Part shown: in pieces, positions 61,944 through 64,000 of the stretch
How positions within the stretch are numbered: position 1 is the first letter of the stretch
Layout of the letters: every line of letters begins with the position of its first letter
Origin: Hypanus sabinus
Taxonomy: Eukaryota
Reading direction: 5' to 3'
Length of the DNA stretch: 64,000 nucleotides
NCBI RefSeq assembly: GCF_030144855.1
Contig: NC_082711.1
Location: 47,678,001 to 47,742,000, forward strand
Notes under the pieces: model-generated
What the model saw: the letters and a program-made list of their open reading frames with translations, nothing else
What the model was told of the DNA's origin: nothing
Databases searched by the model: none
Position numbers and translations under genes: made by a program

Positions 61944-62279
61944 CTTATTTAAATGTAGCTGTATATCGAATATTGCCAAAGAAGATTCTTCAACCCACAA
62001 AGTTTAATAGAATTAAGAAGAAAATCACATCATGATGATTCTTGACAAGGAAAGGAATGCACAAAGAAATAAACTATGCAGTGTTTATGCAGTGTTTAAA
62101 ATATGACTGTTAAAAAAAAAGTAAAACCAAACTGCACATTTAATCAAGCATTATATTCCCATCTCAAAGGCAAGAAGTGGTAAACAGATCAACTGTTCAG
62201 CACACCATGCTTGTGATCTTAGCAAGAAATGCCAGACACTTTGGGTTGTTGTCAAGGTAACCAGCAGCGTATCAGGTGT

Positions 62280-62480
62280 ACACACAAAATGCTGGAGAAA
62301 CTCAGCAGCACAGGCAGCACCTATGGAAAAGAGTACAGTTGAGGTTTCGGGCCAAGTAAGGGTCTTGGTCCAAGACGTCGACTGTCCTCTTTTCCATAGA
62401 TGCTGCCTGGCCTGCTGAGTTCCCCAGGCATTTTGCATGTGTTGCTTGGATTTCCAACATCTGCAGATTTTCACTTGTTT
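62280..62480. mobile_element. Penelope pseudo-LTR palindrome
   Basis: Inverted arms. TSD gtatcaggtgt / gtataaggtgt. Confidence 0.85.
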
Positions 62481-62682
62481 GTATAAGGTGTGATCAACAT
62501 AATACTTGTAGTCCTATACATGAAAATTTCTGCAGTTGCTGGAAATCCAAAGCAACACGCACAAAATGATGGATTAATTCAGCAGGTCCTATGTTACAAC
62601 TTCAAAAGATCAGCTCTGCATTCTTTTTAGGTATATCTGCACATGCCTTTTCAGACCTCACACTGACTTCTGGCTTGATAAT

Positions 62683-63207
62683 ACTGTGCTCAGTTCTGGT
62701 TGCCTCACTACAGGAAGGATGTGGAAACCATAGAAAGGGTGCAGAGGAGATTTACAAGGATGTTGCCTGGATTGGGGAGCATGCCTCATGAAAACAGGTT
62801 GAGTGAACACAGCCTTTTCTCCTTGGAGCGACAGAGGATGAGTGGTGACCTGATAGAGGTGTATAAGATGATGAGAGGCATTGATCATGTGGATAGTTAG
62901 AGGCTTTTTCCCAGGGCTGAAATGGTTGCCACAAGAGGGCACAGGTTTAAGGTGTTTGGGAGTAGGTACAGAGGATGTGTCAGGGGTAAGTTTTTTACTC
63001 AGAGAGAAGTGAGTGCGTGGAATGGGCTGCCAGCAACGGTGGTGGAGGCAGATACGATAGGGTCTTTTAAGAGACTTTTGGATAGGTACATGGAGCTTAG
63101 AAAAATAGAGGGCTATGGTATTAGCAATTTCTAAGGTAGGGATATATTCGGCACAACTATGTCGGCCGAAGGGCATGTATTGTGCTGTAGGTTTTCTATG
63201 TTTCTAC
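62683..63207 (+). mobile_element. CR1 3' fragment
   Basis: PHYRKDVETIERVQRRFTRMLPGL..GDLIEVYKMMRG and tail ttctatgtttct. Confidence 0.92.
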
Positions 63208-64000
63208 TAATGGCAGAGGGAGGCATATTCCAGGGCACGAGGTTTCTGATTTTGAGGGTGGACATATCCACTACGGTGCTAATACTTCCTAATCTGTTCT
63301 GAAGCTTCCCCAATTTACCATGGCAGTTACTCCACAGCTGATAACAAGGGGTCCATTGACTTTCAGGCATGTAGCAGCAGAAATACTGAGACAGAGGGTA
63401 AGAGAACATGGTGCATTAGATGTTTTGACTTTGCAAGTGGGCTTGTGACTGGAAGTAGAATCCTTAAATGGATCCAGTCTCAACGATCATAGTAGCAATG
63501 GTGAAATCATGATGATTTAACTTAAGTGGATCCAGGGTCAATTACTTGTCATAAGACCTAACTTTATTAACTGTAGTAGTTGAAACTCCCACTCCGCCTA
63601 GTTTCTACCAAACACAATATTATAGCAGAAGCTGAAATTCCCTCCTCTTTTCTTGCATATCTTTTTCATTCAGTCATTCTTTCCGAGAGAACTCCACAGT
63701 TCAGGGTGACTCACTGATTTGCATTATCATATGATTCTCCAGCTGAAGGCAGTGGAAGGTGGGTCCTCCATCTGTTCTTAAAGCACTCGAGGAAGTGCTC
63801 AGTCAGTTCAGGGTCCACTGCCTCTGCATCCTGCCCTTTTATTCATACCTGATTAATTGTACATTTAACAATTGTTTGTCAGGAAAGGCTTTACACTCAA
63901 ATTCAGTATTACCCACAACTTTTCGGTGACCTTGGTGACGCATGGCTGACAGCTGGAAGACCAGGAGCAGAACTAAATTATCAGTGGACTCTGTAATCTG

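Noticed and set aside
1-64000. Additional GPR158 exons or another host gene
   Set aside because: I looked by eye for the adjacent exons (..YHFRKAK and VVILYFEPS..KLHR) and found none. Small exons could still have been missed without alignment.

Overview
Vertebrate genomic DNA, almost certainly a cartilaginous fish (shark/ray-type CR1, HE1/V-SINE and Penelope repeats; a batoid is my guess). The only host coding sequence I can support is one 69-nt exon on the minus strand (39440-39508, SIRASGLVLLETILFGALLLYFP), matching the ICL1/TM2 exon of the class C GPCR GPR158. The window is therefore probably two large introns of that gene. The rest is a dense, nested transposon landscape: many CR1 LINEs (one young full-length 4.4-kb copy at 12158-16592 and one old interrupted full-length copy at ~50465-56310), Rex1/Babar, L2 and HERO non-LTR fragments, Penelope-like fold-back insertions, three solo-LTR families, Tc1, hAT and Tigger-type non-autonomous DNA elements, and tRNA-derived SINEs. 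The most interesting signals are: (i) a canonical U_UUA_AAC slippery heptamer directly before the CR1 ORF1 stop, with ORF2 in the -1 frame (candidate gag-pol-like frameshift); (ii) clustered splice donors and CCAAT-box monomers in CR1 5'UTRs, sense to the host gene; (iii) five Penelope fold-back insertions with 11-15 bp target duplications and hammerhead remnants; (iv) a two-copy composite element bounded by mini-MITE ends. Family names come from recalled motifs, not database searches. Boundaries of old repeats are approximate.
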